64,000 nt of DNA from Octopus sinensis (Eukaryota), in assembly GCF_006345805.1 (NCBI RefSeq), contig NC_043000.1, positions 105,648,001-105,712,000 of the forward strand, read 5' to 3'. The notes below the pieces were generated by a model that saw nothing but the letters and a program-made list of their open reading frames with translations, did no database searches and was not told the origin of the DNA. Below, piece after piece: positions 12,870 to 27,689 of the stretch. A program made the translations under genes and the position numbers. Within the stretch, counting starts at the first letter, position 1. Each line of letters opens with the position of its first letter.

Positions 12870-14207
12870 TAATTTAGATTAGGTATGGCTATGCAATAGC
12901 AAAAGACTAATGCTTAAGAAGTTTAAGCCCTATTTCAACTATGCTAAGAATTAGGTGCTCCAAAGAAGAGGATGCAATTATACTAAAAATTCCTTTCACA
13001 CTAACTGATCTGTCTTTTCAATGTGGAAAACTTCAGTGGGAATTAGGAAGCAGCCTAGGATTACAAACTACTGGAGTACAGATGAAAACTCCAGTATGAC
13101 AAGAATGTGTTTTTGAAACGGTGTCAGTGCTTCAAGACATGAGACTCAAGCAATATCCCAATACATAGAGAACATTATGATCCCTTATTTTAAATAAGAC
13201 CCTCTGAGTTATTGTACAAAGGACATTTAAATCATATTACCAATCAGGAAAGAAAAAAAATCTGTTGACAAAGGGATGTTGGGATATTTAGGCCAGATAC
13301 ACTTCCAGACAATCTAACAAAATGGGTGAAAGTATGGTAGGTTTATGAAGCAAACAGGGTACAGCTGTACTTTTTACTTTTTATACAAGGAAAAAAAGTC
13401 AGTTTGATCTAAAATACAATGTGGTCTAGGAATTATCACTTCTACACTGTAACTAAAGTTATATATTGCCTTTTGACTGGTGTTTTGGTTGTCAATTTAC
13501 TGTAGATTTAGAAGCTATTGTGACTATATATGTGTGTCACAGTGATTGCAAATAGAAGGATACTGTATGATATTTCAAATAAATCAAAAAATTTTTAATG
13601 AAGATGAAATAATTCAAAAGCAGAAAGAAAATTTAGCAACTGCATTCAGAGAAAAGAGACAAATTTTCTAGCCACTTGTGCTCATCCACAATTAACTGAA
13701 AATGGCTCACCATTTTGTAAATCTCAACTACAACAGCTACATGGGTGGTGTAGATCAGATGAATCAAATGAGTTATGTGGTTTGTAGACCAAGTAATTTG
13801 TGGTGGAGATAGTTTGACATAACATCAAATATGAGTATTGTGAATACCTTTTTTTCAATTATGTACCAAATGGGGAGGTATGCTCCAAAGCAAAGTATCC
13901 TTGTGCAATTCAAGTAGATGCTGCAATAGTTGTGAGAATGGGATATTCATCTAAAACAAAAATAATTGTAGGACAAAAAAAGCAAAAGTTTGCTAGAGAG
14001 CTATTCCTCTGAATTCAGTTAATCTCTCTGAAAAAGGAAGAAAACTGAAAGAGGCAAAAAAAAAACCTGTGTTAAGAATGCGAACATCAGTAAAGGAAAG
14101 CACCCAGTAGATAGTCAACTGAAATGATTTTCCAATGTGCATTCTGCAAGACTGCATTATGCAGAGCCAGATGCTTTACAACTTTCCATGATAGAAATGT
14201 TTTCTAA
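12870..14207 (+). pseudogene. Degenerate piggyBac (PGBD4-like) transposase
   Basis: PRITNYWSTDE (~13055), HYDPLF*IRPL (~13173), SVDKGM (13261), YNSYMGGVDQMNQ..WWR (~13730) and the C-terminal Cys-rich motif CAFCKTALCRARCFTTFH ending at TAA 14205-14207. Termini not recognisable. Confidence 0.85.
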
Positions 14208-16788
14208 TCATATGTGTAAAATAAAAGTTTATAAAATACTTTTTCAAATTTTTGTTTTCAACTTTTTTTTATTTACCTGTAATTTTAATCTACGAGTAAG
14301 GTGAGTGATAAATTTTCATTAATTATTTCAGTAAATTATTGCATGCATTTACTTATACATGTGTATGAATTTCTTTCTTCTTTTTTTTGTAAAAAAAAAA
14401 AACAAAAACAGTATTTCAGGCAATTTTACCTTTTATGGCTTCAGTCTTATATGTGCCTAATTTCAATTGAAAATTCAATAAGGTACACAATTCTGTTATA
14501 TATCCAGCTGAATTTAGGCTAATAGTTCATTTTACATAGTGATATTTAAACAAAATATAAATAATTTTACATTTTACTGAATTTATCTGTATTTATCTAT
14601 AATTAAAATACATTTAAGGCAAAAATTACATAATAAATTTTAAGAACCATTGTGGTCAAAATAACCCACATTTATAAGTCAATCAATAGTTCTATGAAAC
14701 TAGTCCAAATTTTTTATTTAAGAATTTAATTGAAACACACAGCATATTTTAGTAAGAAATAGAGAAATGAGAGGGTTTATTTGTTGCTTTAAATTTTAAT
14801 TAAAACACAAATGACAACAGTATCAGCCACTTTATACTTACTACTATTGAAACAAGACTACGACTGAGATAAAGATTGTAACTATTTCCTGTTATGATTA
14901 ACATTTACTTGGAAACATTATGAAAGCTAATTTCTCTGTAGTCTGTGTCACTGGTCATAATTTCATAGGAAGCAAATGAACATTAGGAACTAACCACAAG
15001 ATTGGATAAGACAACAGGAACATTTTCTAGGCTAAAAAACACATCCTTCGTGGGCAACAAATAACATATTAAACCAAGGTTAAGCTTCTAAATGCAAAAA
15101 TCAAAATAGAACCTGCAAATGCTCTCTCTCTCTCAAACTCCAACCTTTATTCCACAAAGTAATTTTCCTGCTATCTACTGGTTTTGTTTAACCAACCAAT
15201 CTTTGCAGTAACTACAAACATAATCTTGTAGCCACCTGTATTTCACTGATATCCACTTAATGAATTTTTTTACTCAAATCTAGATAAATAAAATTATATT
15301 TGTAAAGTAAATGCAATGATTCTACCACAATATGTTACTAGTACCTATTTTCTTCTTTTATTCAGCTTAACAGTGACAGAAACTGAAATCATCTTCACCA
15401 ACATTTGAACTCTGGAGCAAGACCTCACATATTATACTGTAAAGAATTTAAGTCAGATCACTACTGCCAATGCCAAGAACATTGTTCACAGAATTTTAGT
15501 TGGAAATCCCCCCCCCCCAAAAAAAAACTATCAAGTAAACCAGAACAAATATCTCTTGCTTAAAACCCTTTTGATATCAACCTGCTTGAAAGTGCTCATG
15601 CCCATGTCTCTTTGATACAAAATTTTCAGCTTTTAAGTGTTCATATTTAAATCAAAAATTAAATTCTTTGATTAGTGCCAACATTAATCAAATGCCACAG
15701 ACAGTGAATTTCTTTAGAACTATGGTTTAATAAGTTTTTAAGTAAGAAAACATGGTAAGCATCAAAATTCAGCTGAATTTTGTTACAACACTAAACCCAA
15801 CCTTAATGCAATATTTGGCAAACTAAAATCATTTCAGCAGGACATTAACATCTTATGTTACTAGCTATACATTACAATTTACTATCACACTGCTGAAAAA
15901 TATTTAATCACTTGAAACAGTGTCAACAGACCGAGAGAGAGAAATAATACAGAAAAATGGTATAATTAAAGTATCTCCTCAATTATCTAGTTCCACAGTC
16001 GATGCATTAACCAACAGTCATGCAAAAATTGGGTTTGACTGCGTTAACTCACGTCTACTTGTCAGGCCAACGTGAGTTATAAAACTAAGTGGTAGAGAAT
16101 ACATAAAGCATTACTTATAAGCTTACTTTCAATTATGTGCACATAGATGTTTGAAAAACACTAAATTTCTAAAATTTGGTGCACACTAGCTTTCGTTTAC
16201 TAACAGTTTCAGGTGGTTACATTGGCAGCAATAAACCTTGATTAATGGATATCACTTAAAGGAATCTTTATTATTATTATTACATAACTATATCTAAGCT
16301 ATTATTTGCTAGCATTACTAAATGATTATATTGTATTTTTTGTTCTCAACAGTTTAACTTCTGGCTTGATTAATTATCATCATTAAAGCATCTGACCCAA
16401 GCCTCTAGTTTTATTTATCCTGCTTTCTTTCATACAGTTGTAAGTACTAAGTCTTAGGAAGAGATCAGATAAATATAAAACACACTATAATATCTATATC
16501 AGTTTAAACCTTTATTTATTAGTTCGCCCAAAGTCAGTTTCTTCCTTACACTTTTATCATCAGTGATATATTCTTGTTAAACAATACCATTCAAAAATAT
16601 CAATAGTAAAAAACAAAAATCTCATGTGCTTTTCATTAAGTTCACATCCAGTTTTTACAAACTCACAAATAACTTTTTAGAGACAAGATCTCAAAAATAT
16701 TATAACTCAAATGAGACATTTGCAACAATAATGTCAAGGCTAAGTTGGTAACAAAAGTATGTCAAAAATTAATATAAAATAAGTTTCT

Positions 16789-17023
16789 TATTTCTTTATT
16801 GCCCACAAGGGGCTAAACATAGAGGGGACAAACAAGGACAGACAAAGGGATTAAGTCGATTACATCAACCCCAGTGCATAACTGGTACTTAATTTATCGA
16901 TCTTGAATGGATAAAAGGCAAAGTCTACCTCGGTGGAATTTGAACTCAGAACGTAATGGCAAACAAAATACCGATAAGCATTTTGCCCGGCATGCTAAAG
17001 TTTCTGCCAGCTCACCACCTTAA
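16789..17023 (-). mobile_element. tRNA-derived SINE with 18-bp TSD
   Basis: Minus-strand head aggtggtgagctggcagaaac..., B-box-like gagttcaaattcc; exact direct repeat aatataaaataagtttct at 16771-16788 and 17024-17041. Confidence 0.9.
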
Positions 17024-18237
17024 AATATAAAATAAGTTTCTACACATGTAATGGATACTTGCATCTTCAACACAAGCAAAAACAACTGTGATTCAAAATA
17101 AATCTTAATGAGACTTAATATTATCCAAGACCAATTGTTTACTATTAATGACAAATGTTATCAATAATCAGGCATTTTAGGGAGGGAGATACAAATTCAT
17201 ATACTAAAATATCTTAATTCATAAAGTCAATAGTTTAAGCAATGACAAAATAAAATTATCTATTAAAAGATCATCACCAGTAACTTTTAAAGGAAGAGAA
17301 TAATAAAACCGCATTCATTAAATATCAACACAGCAACAAATTTGATACAAACTATGTTGAATCTGTATTCAAAGATCAGTTTCCAATCAATTGTTCTTTC
17401 TAATATTATAATTAAAAACTGTATAAAAAACATTAACCACCACAACTGAAATTAATAAATACTTGTTTTTTAAATGAAAAGTCAGTCGTCGTATGATTAT
17501 CAATAGATGATTTGTAGATTTGACAATTTTTCCATTAAGCTAAAACTTAAAACTTGTCACTGTTCTAGTCATACATTAACAAACTTTGTATAAGTTCTAT
17601 TTGTAAAATAAACAACTGAAACCTTTCATTAAGAAGCTAATACATATCTGTTATATAAAAATGTCTTCTCAAGCCAAACAAAGGAGCTCAGCTTTAGATG
17701 TGCTGGTAATGGTATGAAGAAGGAAATCTTTCTCACATATTTTCCAGCAGCTGTATGAATAGGAACATAAAAAATGATATACAGAGATAACAAAACAGCA
17801 GACATGAACTAGCATCCCAGAAGCTGGTCGTCAAATACCTTTAAAACATATCTTCCTAGAAAGAAAAACTCACATCTTTTCTAAGTCACTTTATGATATC
17901 CTAGTTGGCTCATTACTTCAATTTCTCAAAAGAGATTTGCTTCATATATTTTAGCAATCAATCATATGCAACAATGTACTTGTAAATTACTGTGTCAACA
18001 TAACAACACCAAATATTCCTATTCTATCCTTTGATCAACTACCACTGTTGTTTTACCTGATTTAATCTCATCTCAGGAATAAGCTTTTTTCCCAGTGGCA
18101 AATTAACATTTTGCAACTTATATATCTTAGTGAGGGGAAAAATAGAGAAAATGAATCTACAATTGAATGTGTTTACCTCTATACCTAATCACATAACATT
18201 ATTCAAGTGAAAACTTCAACAGAAAATCTCAACTTAA

Positions 18238-18458
18238 CCCTTTAGTGTTCGCATTATTCTGCCAAAATTAATGCTTCTTCATCCACCTTGTTTTGAACTA
18301 ATCATGCATTATCTTGTAGTTATGAGATTTTGATGAGGTAGCTGTTAATTTTTAAAACGATATTGTAGGGTTGGTGTGAGAGACCAGATCTGGCCAGTTT
18401 GAACATAAAACAGGCAGAATATTTTTGGCCGGATATGGCCGGTTTAAATGCTAAAGGG
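18238..18458. mobile_element. piggyBac-type MITE (221 bp)
   Basis: TTAA at 18234-18237 and 18459-18462; TIR ccctttag / ctaaaggg; same family as 8792-9067. Confidence 0.9.
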
Positions 18459-21099
18459 TTAAATATAGTACATCAATAAAATTATTTTCTAGTTTGTATG
18501 AAAAGAGAAATGCTTTCTAACACAGGAACAAGGTTACAAACTGAATGGTACTTATTTTATTTACCTCAAAAGGCTAAAAGGCAAAGTCAGTCCTAACAGA
18601 TTGGAACTCAATATGAAAGAACAGAACTAAATATCACAAGGCGTTTCGTCCATTTTACTAATTCTGTTGTTTCTCAAGTCAGCATCAACTGACTAGACCT
18701 ATAGTATATCATACTTTTATTTCAGCAAAGTGTATATAAGACTACATTAACCTTCATCTTTCTAAGATTATAAGATGTGATTGGCAAGAGATTTGGCTAC
18801 TATTTGCAGAAAGTTGAATAACTATATATATTCATTTATACTAGTTTAATAAAACATGAGGCCTGCTCTGTAAACCAATCAACAGTATTTATTCCAGAGA
18901 ATTTCTAATAATATCAACTTGTAAACTAAAAGAGCAAATCAAAATATCAAAAAAAGCAAGCATAAATTTTCCTCTAAAACATGTACAAATTCAAAGATAG
19001 TATTAAGTTACTAGCAAATGTAAACAGCTATGTTCACAAATTCCAGTTGATTGGGCTTACACCTAATGATTAAAACTAAACAGTATTATAACTATTTATT
19101 ACTTTATGCTTTACAATGGTTAAATTGTCACAAAATATTTATGGAGAGTGCTGAGTTTTGAACCTCATATTACTACTACAAGCCAATGAAGGAGCTTTTA
19201 TGTGATCACTCAACCTGCCAGAAACAGCAATCAAATCCTCTTCATTACACCTCGATATCTTAAAAGGTACAGATACATTGGATAAAATAATTCTAGATAC
19301 ACTATGCCTGAGAAAAATGAGATGGTCATAGCTGCATTGCCATTTGATCATAAATCTGATTTATCAGTGCCTACGTTTTTGAGGAAACTTAGTTTTCTAT
19401 CTTTCAGGAGTAAAAAAACTAGTAGTTAATAATGTAGTGTAGTGAAGGTATGGACCTAATTAGAAATATGAATGATTCCTTACACAAGTATGAAATCAAT
19501 ATGAGAAGAGACATTGGAAAATATGACACTTATCTCTATCCAAAGAACATTAAAGAAGCAGTTCTTTGACAGGGAATCAAATCTGTATTGTGAGAGCAAT
19601 TCACTGATACCTTTTTATGGGCTTAATCATAGGAGGAAGGGCAGTGCTTATTACCTTTCTTATAGGGCCTCTGATACAAAAGAGAAGCAAAGAAGTTATC
19701 ATCTGACTCGAAACTTGACTTGAATGTTTGCAACAAAATGGACTACACTAAAGGCATCCAAGATCCAGATGGTGGTGTTTAAAGAGAGAATGGATTAATC
19801 CTACTATCCTAGAACAGAAACAGTGTCTCCGACAGACTTCCACATTTGCATCTACTAAATTTTACATGGCTTTGATCAACCTGAGGAGAATTATGATGTT
19901 CTACACAGTTGGATCAAACTAGGAGTTGCAAAGTGAACTACGAACCACACACTTATGTCTGTGCCCATCTGGCCATAATAGAAATAAACATGTTTATTTC
20001 CAACAGCTAATGAGCACCTAAGATTAAAGTGCTTTGCCTAGAAACAGAATACTCGCAGTACACTTGAAGTCACGATCCATGAACAGGTAGGTTAATATTT
20101 TATCCACTCATCTGCATTGCTTCTGCATTACATTAAGAACCAAAATTAATTTAGGGACAGCCTATTTGTCCACAAGACGTCCTAAAAATTGTGAATAAAA
20201 ATCATTAAAGAGGATTTACAAAGGATGTGATAACATGGGGTAAATAAATGGTTAAGAAAGGACAAGTTGATAAGTCCTAAAAACAAAATAAAAGCTAAAC
20301 AAACATTTATTATATTTTAGTATATATAGTATATATTGATATTATAGCATTTTCTGAAGGTTTGATGAAAACTAAAAGAATGTGACAGAACCAGTATATT
20401 CAAACAATTGAAAACAAACCTCTTATAACTTGCTAATACATAGAACATATACAATTACACAAGCAAATGAAGGCTTCAAGTTTAAGAACAGATGGTACAT
20501 GGAATTCGATGTTTTAAGGGTGGTTGTTTTTTTAACAATAGGTTTGGAGTATGTGCAATAGTAAAATAGTTTCTGTATAATTCAGATTCACTTGTCTTCA
20601 TGATATATCATTTCTTGTTACAGACTGTATGCACTAAGATTCTGATAAATAATTTCAAAATTTCCTACAGCTAACTTATTAACCAATATTCTACACAGAA
20701 AACTAATACACCTAGATACTGATATAAAATGGAATGTTCAACAGATTTTCAACAGAAAATATTTTGTAAACAGGAATGAAACAAGTGTATCCAAATTAAA
20801 ACAACGTTCAATCAAACAGTCTGTTTAGAATATGCTTTGTAGAAAAGACAATCCACTGTATTTGAAATCCTACTCTAAGTACTATTTTTCCATACATATT
20901 TAAATGTCTGCAATGAATTGCTATTAATACAAATATAATTTGTTAGACTTTTAACTTCATCTTTAAAAATAAAACTTCTTTTTTTAATATCAATACTTCA
21001 TTTGAATTGAGTTGATCTCCCATCATCATCAAATGTCTTGTTCCTGGAAGTGTGCGTCAGCAACAGAGTGGATAAGAGCATTATTCCTCATAGTGTTCA

Positions 21100-21924
21100 T
21101 GAGGTGGTATCAAAAGATTCCCAGACTAGTTATGTTTAATAAAAAATAACTTATTTACCTAAGTTTTAACATCATCTTCAAAATAGTCACCCTGCAGAGC
21201 AATACACTGGTCCCAGCGTTCCTGCCACTTTTGAAATCCTGCCGCGAAGTCATTTTCCGTAAGTGAGTTACAAACCTTCAGCGATTCATTCTGGATGTTA
21301 AAACAGTGACCTCTGACCTGCATTTTCATCTTGGGGAAGAGATGAAGTCCACAGGTGCAAGATCTGGCAAATAGGGCAGGTGTAGAAGCAATAACATGTT
21401 TTTGGTGAGAAATACATGAGTGAAGAGAGCTCAGTGAATCCAATACTTCGCACTGCACAGATCAGGTCACTTATGCCAAATATCCTCCCTCAAACACTTC
21501 CAAAACGTCACATTAGAACTCTCGATTGATGGTCTGGTCCTGGTGGACAAATTCTCAATGCACAATACTACATTTCAGGGGGGGGATCTTCCAGACCACT
21601 CATCGTCTTCCAGTGACATTCTTCCACTTTTGAAGTGCCTGTGCCATTGAAACATTACATAAGACCCATTGCCTTGTTGCCATAAGCTTGCAAAAGCATG
21701 CTCAATATCTCCGTAGAAGACTCCCCAAGTTTAACACACAATTTCATGTTTGCTCTTTGTTTCTGTCCATGACAAAATCACAGAGCACAGCATATACAAA
21801 AACACAAATTTCACAACTTGCAAAGTAAACACAGCAATGTCACTCAGCACACTGTCTCATGAAGGCCACTGCTAGCTCTCACTGCTCAACAGAGCTAGTC
21901 TGGAAACTTTTTGGTACCACCTCA
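21100..21924 (-). mobile_element. Internally deleted mariner (825 bp)
   Basis: ~30-bp TIRs (tgaggtggtatcaaaagattcccagacta / tagtctggaaactttttggtaccacctca), TA on the right and CA on the left. ORF 21159-21458 encodes the transposase C-terminus LFPKMK..FQKWQERWDQCIALQGDYFE. Confidence 0.88.
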
Positions 21925-22107
21925 TATTAGAAATAAAGATTCCTACTTCAAATCCAATTCAACATTATGTATGTGCAGGAATAAACCACGTGAAGATGAT
22001 CAGAGAACCAACTGATTTAATCAGAGTAGATGTAAATGTTAAATATGTGAATATTAAAAGAGATTACATGTTCAAAAAATTATAATCATACATAAACCAA
22101 GAGTTAA

Positions 22108-23850
22108 CCCTCTTGGGACACCTGGGCCAATTGATCAGCCCAAGTGATATAAGCTGAAAGAACTTTGAAGTCAATCCATCAACCCAATGAAATAAATGGT
22201 TGGTTTTGAAATGTAATAGACAGAGATCATCTTTCAGTAGATTTCCTGTTGCCACTTTTGCGTTTAGTGAGTTTCTATTCATTTTTACCTATAAGTACTC
22301 ACTGCAAAGATGAGCAATTCTGATTAAAGTTACAAGGCAAGTAGTGAGTTTGATACAAATGATTCTGGTGATTTTGAAAAAAGCACAGATGAAAATATTG
22401 AAGAATCCGTGGAAAGTGAAACAGAATGTGAAAAAGAGACTTATTCTGGACCGATGCCGTGGTTCAGGATCCATGATACTGAACTGGATCATGATGATCT
22501 CTACCAGTTTGAATCCACTGAACCAAAAGAAAGTGCTCCTATTGTAGATTTCCTGCTGTTTTTGACAGACTAATTGACAAAGACAAACCGTTATGCAAGA
22601 CAGTTTCTGGCCAAAACCAGACTGAAACCTGCATCAATCACCAGGAAATGGACCTCAACATCAGGTGCAGAGATAAAGGCACTCATTGCTGCAATTCTCA
22701 ATGTGGAGCTACTGAGAAAACCAACCATCAAACTCTATTGGTCTCATTTGACATCACAAACCACACCCTGGTTCAACCAGCTGATGACCAGATGCAGGTT
22801 TGAACTTCTGTTGAAATTTTTTCACATGGTGGATAATAGGAATCAACCAGGTCCTCAAGATGTGAACTATGATCTTTGTACAGTTTTCTCCAATCACTGA
22901 CCATGCAAATAGGATGTTTCGTCACCAATATTCACAACAGAGAAGTGTGTTGAAGAAAATTTGACTGAGACAAAGAACAGAACTCAGCTGATGGAGTATT
23001 TGCCCAACAAGCATCACCACAAATGGGACATCAAGCTGTGAATGTTGAGTGACTGTTTCAGCTTATCTACTGGGCTTTGTCTACAGAGGTAAAGCAAGAC
23101 AGAAAATGAAACAGGTCTGTCCCATTATGTTGTTATGAAGCAGCTGAGTTTTGGGAACTATCTTGACAAAGGATATCCTGTTTTTGTGGACAATTTTTTT
23201 TACCAGAATGCTCCTAGTCCATGAACTGACTGGAAACAGCAACCACATCATGAGAACAGTTCAGAGAAACAGAAAGGAGCTTTCAAAAGGCCTAAAAGTA
23301 CAGCTATAACCAGGTGAGAGTCTTAACTTCAGACTGGGACAAATCTTGGTCACAACATTCCACGAGAAGTTCCCACCAAAAAAATGCTGTGCTGTTGTGC
23401 TCTACCAAGGAGAAAGTTGAGTCAGTAGGTGGAACAGAGAAGACGAGGCCAAACCTGTGGAGTTGCAGCACATGCTAGCAAGCTCTTCTCTGTGCTTGAG
23501 TACAAGTACATGGGAGGGGTAGACCATGTTAACATGTAGCTGTATAGCTATTTAGATGAGGGAAGGACATTAAAATACTGGAAAAAAGTAACTTTCAACA
23601 TTCTCTCCAGAATGCTGAACTCATATATACTTTACAAGGAACACACATCAGATTGACATGTCATGCCTTGATATAGGTTTTGTGTTTTAGTTGTTAAGGC
23701 CTTGATCAAGGATTACATAGACCCTCTGAGGAGACTAGAGGCATGGTCACCATCCCTCAAGACAAAGAAAAGGAATGTTGTGTCTGTAGTGACATGAGAA
23801 TGCCTGGGGGATGAAAAAGGTCCAGGACCATGTTTCTCCAAACACAAGTG
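22108..23850 (+). mobile_element. Degenerate piggyBac element with PGBD4-like transposase pseudogene
   Basis: TTAA 22104-22107 then ccctcttgg. ORF 22574-22900 has TNRYARQ..LYWS..WFNQLMTRCRFELLLKFFHMVDN; downstream come YLPNKHHHKW, YLDKGYPVFVDNFF, YMGGVDHV and KYWKKV. Right terminus not identified. Confidence 0.87.
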
Positions 23851-23923
23851 CTAGCTGTCATACAGTTAAATATTTTTGCATAAAAACTTTGTGTGATTTA
23901 GTATAGCTTTGGTTTTACTTGTA

Positions 23924-23954
<31 letters not shown>

Positions 23955-24489
23955 TTGTTTTTTCACAAACATTTATGCTTATTATTTTATTTATAATAAA
24001 GTATTAAGCAAGGTTTATCAGTATATATCACTTATTTTCGTAAGTCTATGAGAGAACTCCCAGGTAGATATTTGACTTGTTCAATGTAACAGCAACATTT
24101 CCCTCTACAAATTACCATATCGTTTATGTTCTCAAAACCACAGAGCATCATACTTATGCTAAAAGTAGGGCTTCTACAGTCAATCAATTAACCACCTCTG
24201 TAGTTCTGCTTCAACAAATTACTTTTCACAACATTAATTTAGCTAACATAATTTCTTTCAGTTGATAATTATTGACAAATAATTAACTATAATAACTAAG
24301 AAGGGAACAAGATTACAAACTAAGGAGTGGGGATACAGTTGATTAGATGAAGCTCAGTACTTGGCTCTTACTTGTTTATGAACCCAAGAAAGACAACTAG
24401 TAAAATATAAATAATGAAAAGAGCCTTTTATTAATTTATAAAGCTGATAAAAGATAAATATCAATAAGTGCTCCAGCATTGACCATGTC

Positions 24490-24660
24490 ATCATCATCAT
24501 TGTTTAACATCCATCTTCCATGCATGCATGGGTAGGATGGTTGACAGGAATCGGCCAGGTAGAAAAACTACCCTAGGCTAGTGTGTTTTGGCAAGGATTT
24601 TACAGCTGGATGCCCTTCTTAACACCAACCACTCCAAGAGTGGACTTTTGTATATCAGGG
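24490..24660 (-). mobile_element. RTE-tail-type short element
   Basis: (CAT)n followed by the reverse complement of the ccatgcaxgcatgg..ggatg hairpin/tail and ggatgcccttc..ccaaccac. Confidence 0.6.
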
Positions 24661-25264
24661 TTCATATGATCTGATGTATTTTTATTTAAGACAGGTGAGA
24701 TTTGAGGGAGATTTAGTTATTTCTACTTGGTCAAGTATCCATGCAGGGGCTCCATTGGCTTGTGATATTAGTTTGCTTTACTAAATACAGGACTAGAAAT
24801 TTATAGAAGGCAATGAGATTGTATGATGTTTGTTTTTGCACAAGCAGCAGCTTCAACTAGGAATATAAAATGGTTTTTAGACCCTTTTCTAGAGGCTTGT
24901 TTCTTGGCTCTAGATTGTTCTCCATTGAATAACAGATAAAAAAAAATAAAATATATCACAGTTGACATAGTAAAACACAATTTCTAACAAAGAATCACAC
25001 AACTAGGCAAAATTGGTTATATGCAAGAACAAGAAATTCAGTTATGAATGCTGACAATATAATTTTCTGGGTGATTAACTTCATCTATAGTGTGTATATT
25101 TGTAGCATCTACACTAGACTTTGATAAATCTGACCCATAATCATAAATAAGGTAGCATGTTCTTGGATTTGAAGAATCCAAAGGCTACATTCAAACTAGA
25201 ATCCTTTTTTAACTGAACTAAGGATATATATATATATATATGATATATATGTATACACACACAA

Positions 25265-25585
25265 AACCTTGCTTAGAAACAGATGAAGGTTGGTGACAGG
25301 AAGGACATCCAGCCATAGAAAATCTGCCTCAACAAATTCTAACTACCACACACGCACATGCAAGTGTGTAAGCATGTGAGCGCAATTTGTTTTGACATCA
25401 TACAATAGCTCTAAAAAAGCCAAGCCATTTATTTCTGAACTGTATAAACATGTCCACCATAAGAAAATATTACCTTGCTTGGAAATAGGTGAGCGTTGGC
25501 AAGAGGGAGGACATCAAGACATGGAATATCTGCCTCAATCAATTCTGTCTGACCCATGCAAGCAGGGAAAAGTGGATATTAAAAC
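25265..25585 (+). mobile_element. Two adjacent copies of a short element sharing the RTE 3' tail
   Basis: accttgctt(a/g)gaaa..ggttgg..gga(c)atccagcc..aatctgcctcaa occurs at ~25266 and ~25470; the second copy continues into acccatgcaagcagggaaaagtggatattaaa. Confidence 0.6.
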
Positions 25586-27689
25586 AAAATTCTTCATTTT
25601 GTTTGTTTTTTTTCCTTTATCACACTGTCATTTGGAATACATCTCATCCAAAAGTATATAATATAAAGAAAATTACAAATACAGTAAATTTATTATATCA
25701 TTGATATTTTTTTATCAGATGCCAGAGGGCCTTGTATGTCAATATCTAGGGAATGCCAAAATTGACAGACTTTTAGTAGTAACCTATGAAATAAAAGTAT
25801 ATTTCTTAAAAAAGAAAATTAGCTAGCAATGCCAGAGAATGAGTTATATAATGTTGTATGCTATCAAGGAGAAAGGTGTATAGTAATCATATTATACTGC
25901 AAACTGAAAATTATATAAGAGTCTTCAGAACTAATTTTAACCTTTCTTTAAAATTATTGGCTTTAGGACTACATTTTATTGAATCAACTAACTTTATAAG
26001 AAAACTACCAAGAAACAAGACAAATTAAAAGTAAGAAATGCACTAGATATGCAACTCTGAGTTTGAAAAACTGTTCATAAATTGTTGAAACTATAGAAAT
26101 TAATAGATTTTCACACAAAACATTTTTCATAGCAACTGTATAAAATTGGACCTGAGAAAAATATGCAAGCTCTGATTTAAAATCTCAGAAAACTGCAAAT
26201 ATGGACTTGGCACAAAGTTAACTCATTAAAAAAAAAAGATGACATTGATATCTCCTAGCAAGTTTTTGGGGATAAGGTAAATCAAAGGAATTGATTTCTT
26301 GCAAAACTGAACAAAAATTCAAGTATTAAGTTACAGCTAACATTGCTGTGTTCATAGAGAAAGACTTTTGGAAAATCAAGAGAATAGTTATGGAAATTTG
26401 ATAATATATAATTGCTACATTTGTGCCCTGCACAGTTGAAAAGTATGCATAACTCCCTTTTACTGAACAGAAATATAGTTATGATACCTGCTTTTCAGCT
26501 ACAATTGGAAGAAGTAACATGGTGTGGTTTCAAGCCATGACCTAAATTGACAGTAGTTCCAACCATAGTACCTCATTACAGTAAAACAATCAGTCTCTCT
26601 TCATTCCTAAGCAACAATCAAAGTGCTAGTCAACACTACTTGTTCAGACTGAATAACATTTATTGAAGTTAAATAAATCTCAAGATTTACTGATTTCTTC
26701 TGACAAGACAAAAGTATCAAGAAGGCTTAAGCCTTACTCCAAATAGATCTGAAACATAAAGAAGTGATACAATGTCAAAAAGAAACTGAAACTGGATTCT
26801 TATGTACTAGTTGCTTACCATTGTCAATCAACAGTTCTGATCTAAGTTATCTTTTTCCTTTTACTAGAAACAAAGCAAAATTTGCAAGAGGGGAACATTG
26901 TTCATATAATCAATACATCGTTATACATTTTGAAAAGATGAGAAAGTAAAGTTGATCCAAGCAGAATCTAAATTCAAAACAGTTGAGTTCAGCACTGGAT
27001 AGCATTAATATCTGCTATTTACTGACATGAATGCCACTACAGCCCTCACTGTCAGTTAAGATAATATCAATCCTTGATTTAGTTTCACTCAATAAAAATA
27101 GGCTTTCTCAGGATGTGACATAAAAAGAAATATAAAAGATTTATGGGAATATGTTGAATAAAACTAAGACTATAGGTCTATAGTGTGTATGTTATTGATA
27201 ATCAATGAGAAAACTATTGAAGATGAGTTCAACCAAAATTCACAAAAACCAACAGAAATTACAAAATTTGAGTATGTTAGGTACGGAAACATTTGTCTGG
27301 AGCAAGTGCTGCTCTAAACATCAATGCAACTTATAGAACAGGACATAAGGATGTATTTTCAAATGGGAATATATTGAAAAATGACAATTACAATTGAATA
27401 AATTGAATAATTTAAAGTAATAAAAATGTGCAACATTAAGTGATATCACCATATTTAGACAGATCTAGAACTTCGTTAAGCCTTGTGCTTTTACTATATA
27501 TTAGCAGATCAAAATGAACCTGCTTACTTCAATCATTCTATGTTCATATTTTAATATCAATTCAAGAAGCAGGCAAAAATTATTTATTAAAACTCTAGTA
27601 AATGTTTAAACTTTCAACTTCAAATAAACTGAAAATTTAGAGTTATCTAAAGACTCATTCTCTGAGAAAACACATTAGTCACAAATTCT

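Noticed and set aside
17629-17805. 58-aa minus-strand ORF with a signal-peptide-like start (MSAVLLSLYIIFYVPIHTAAG)
   Set aside because: Short, no recognisable family and no linked downstream exon; hydrophobic starts are common by chance in AT-rich DNA.
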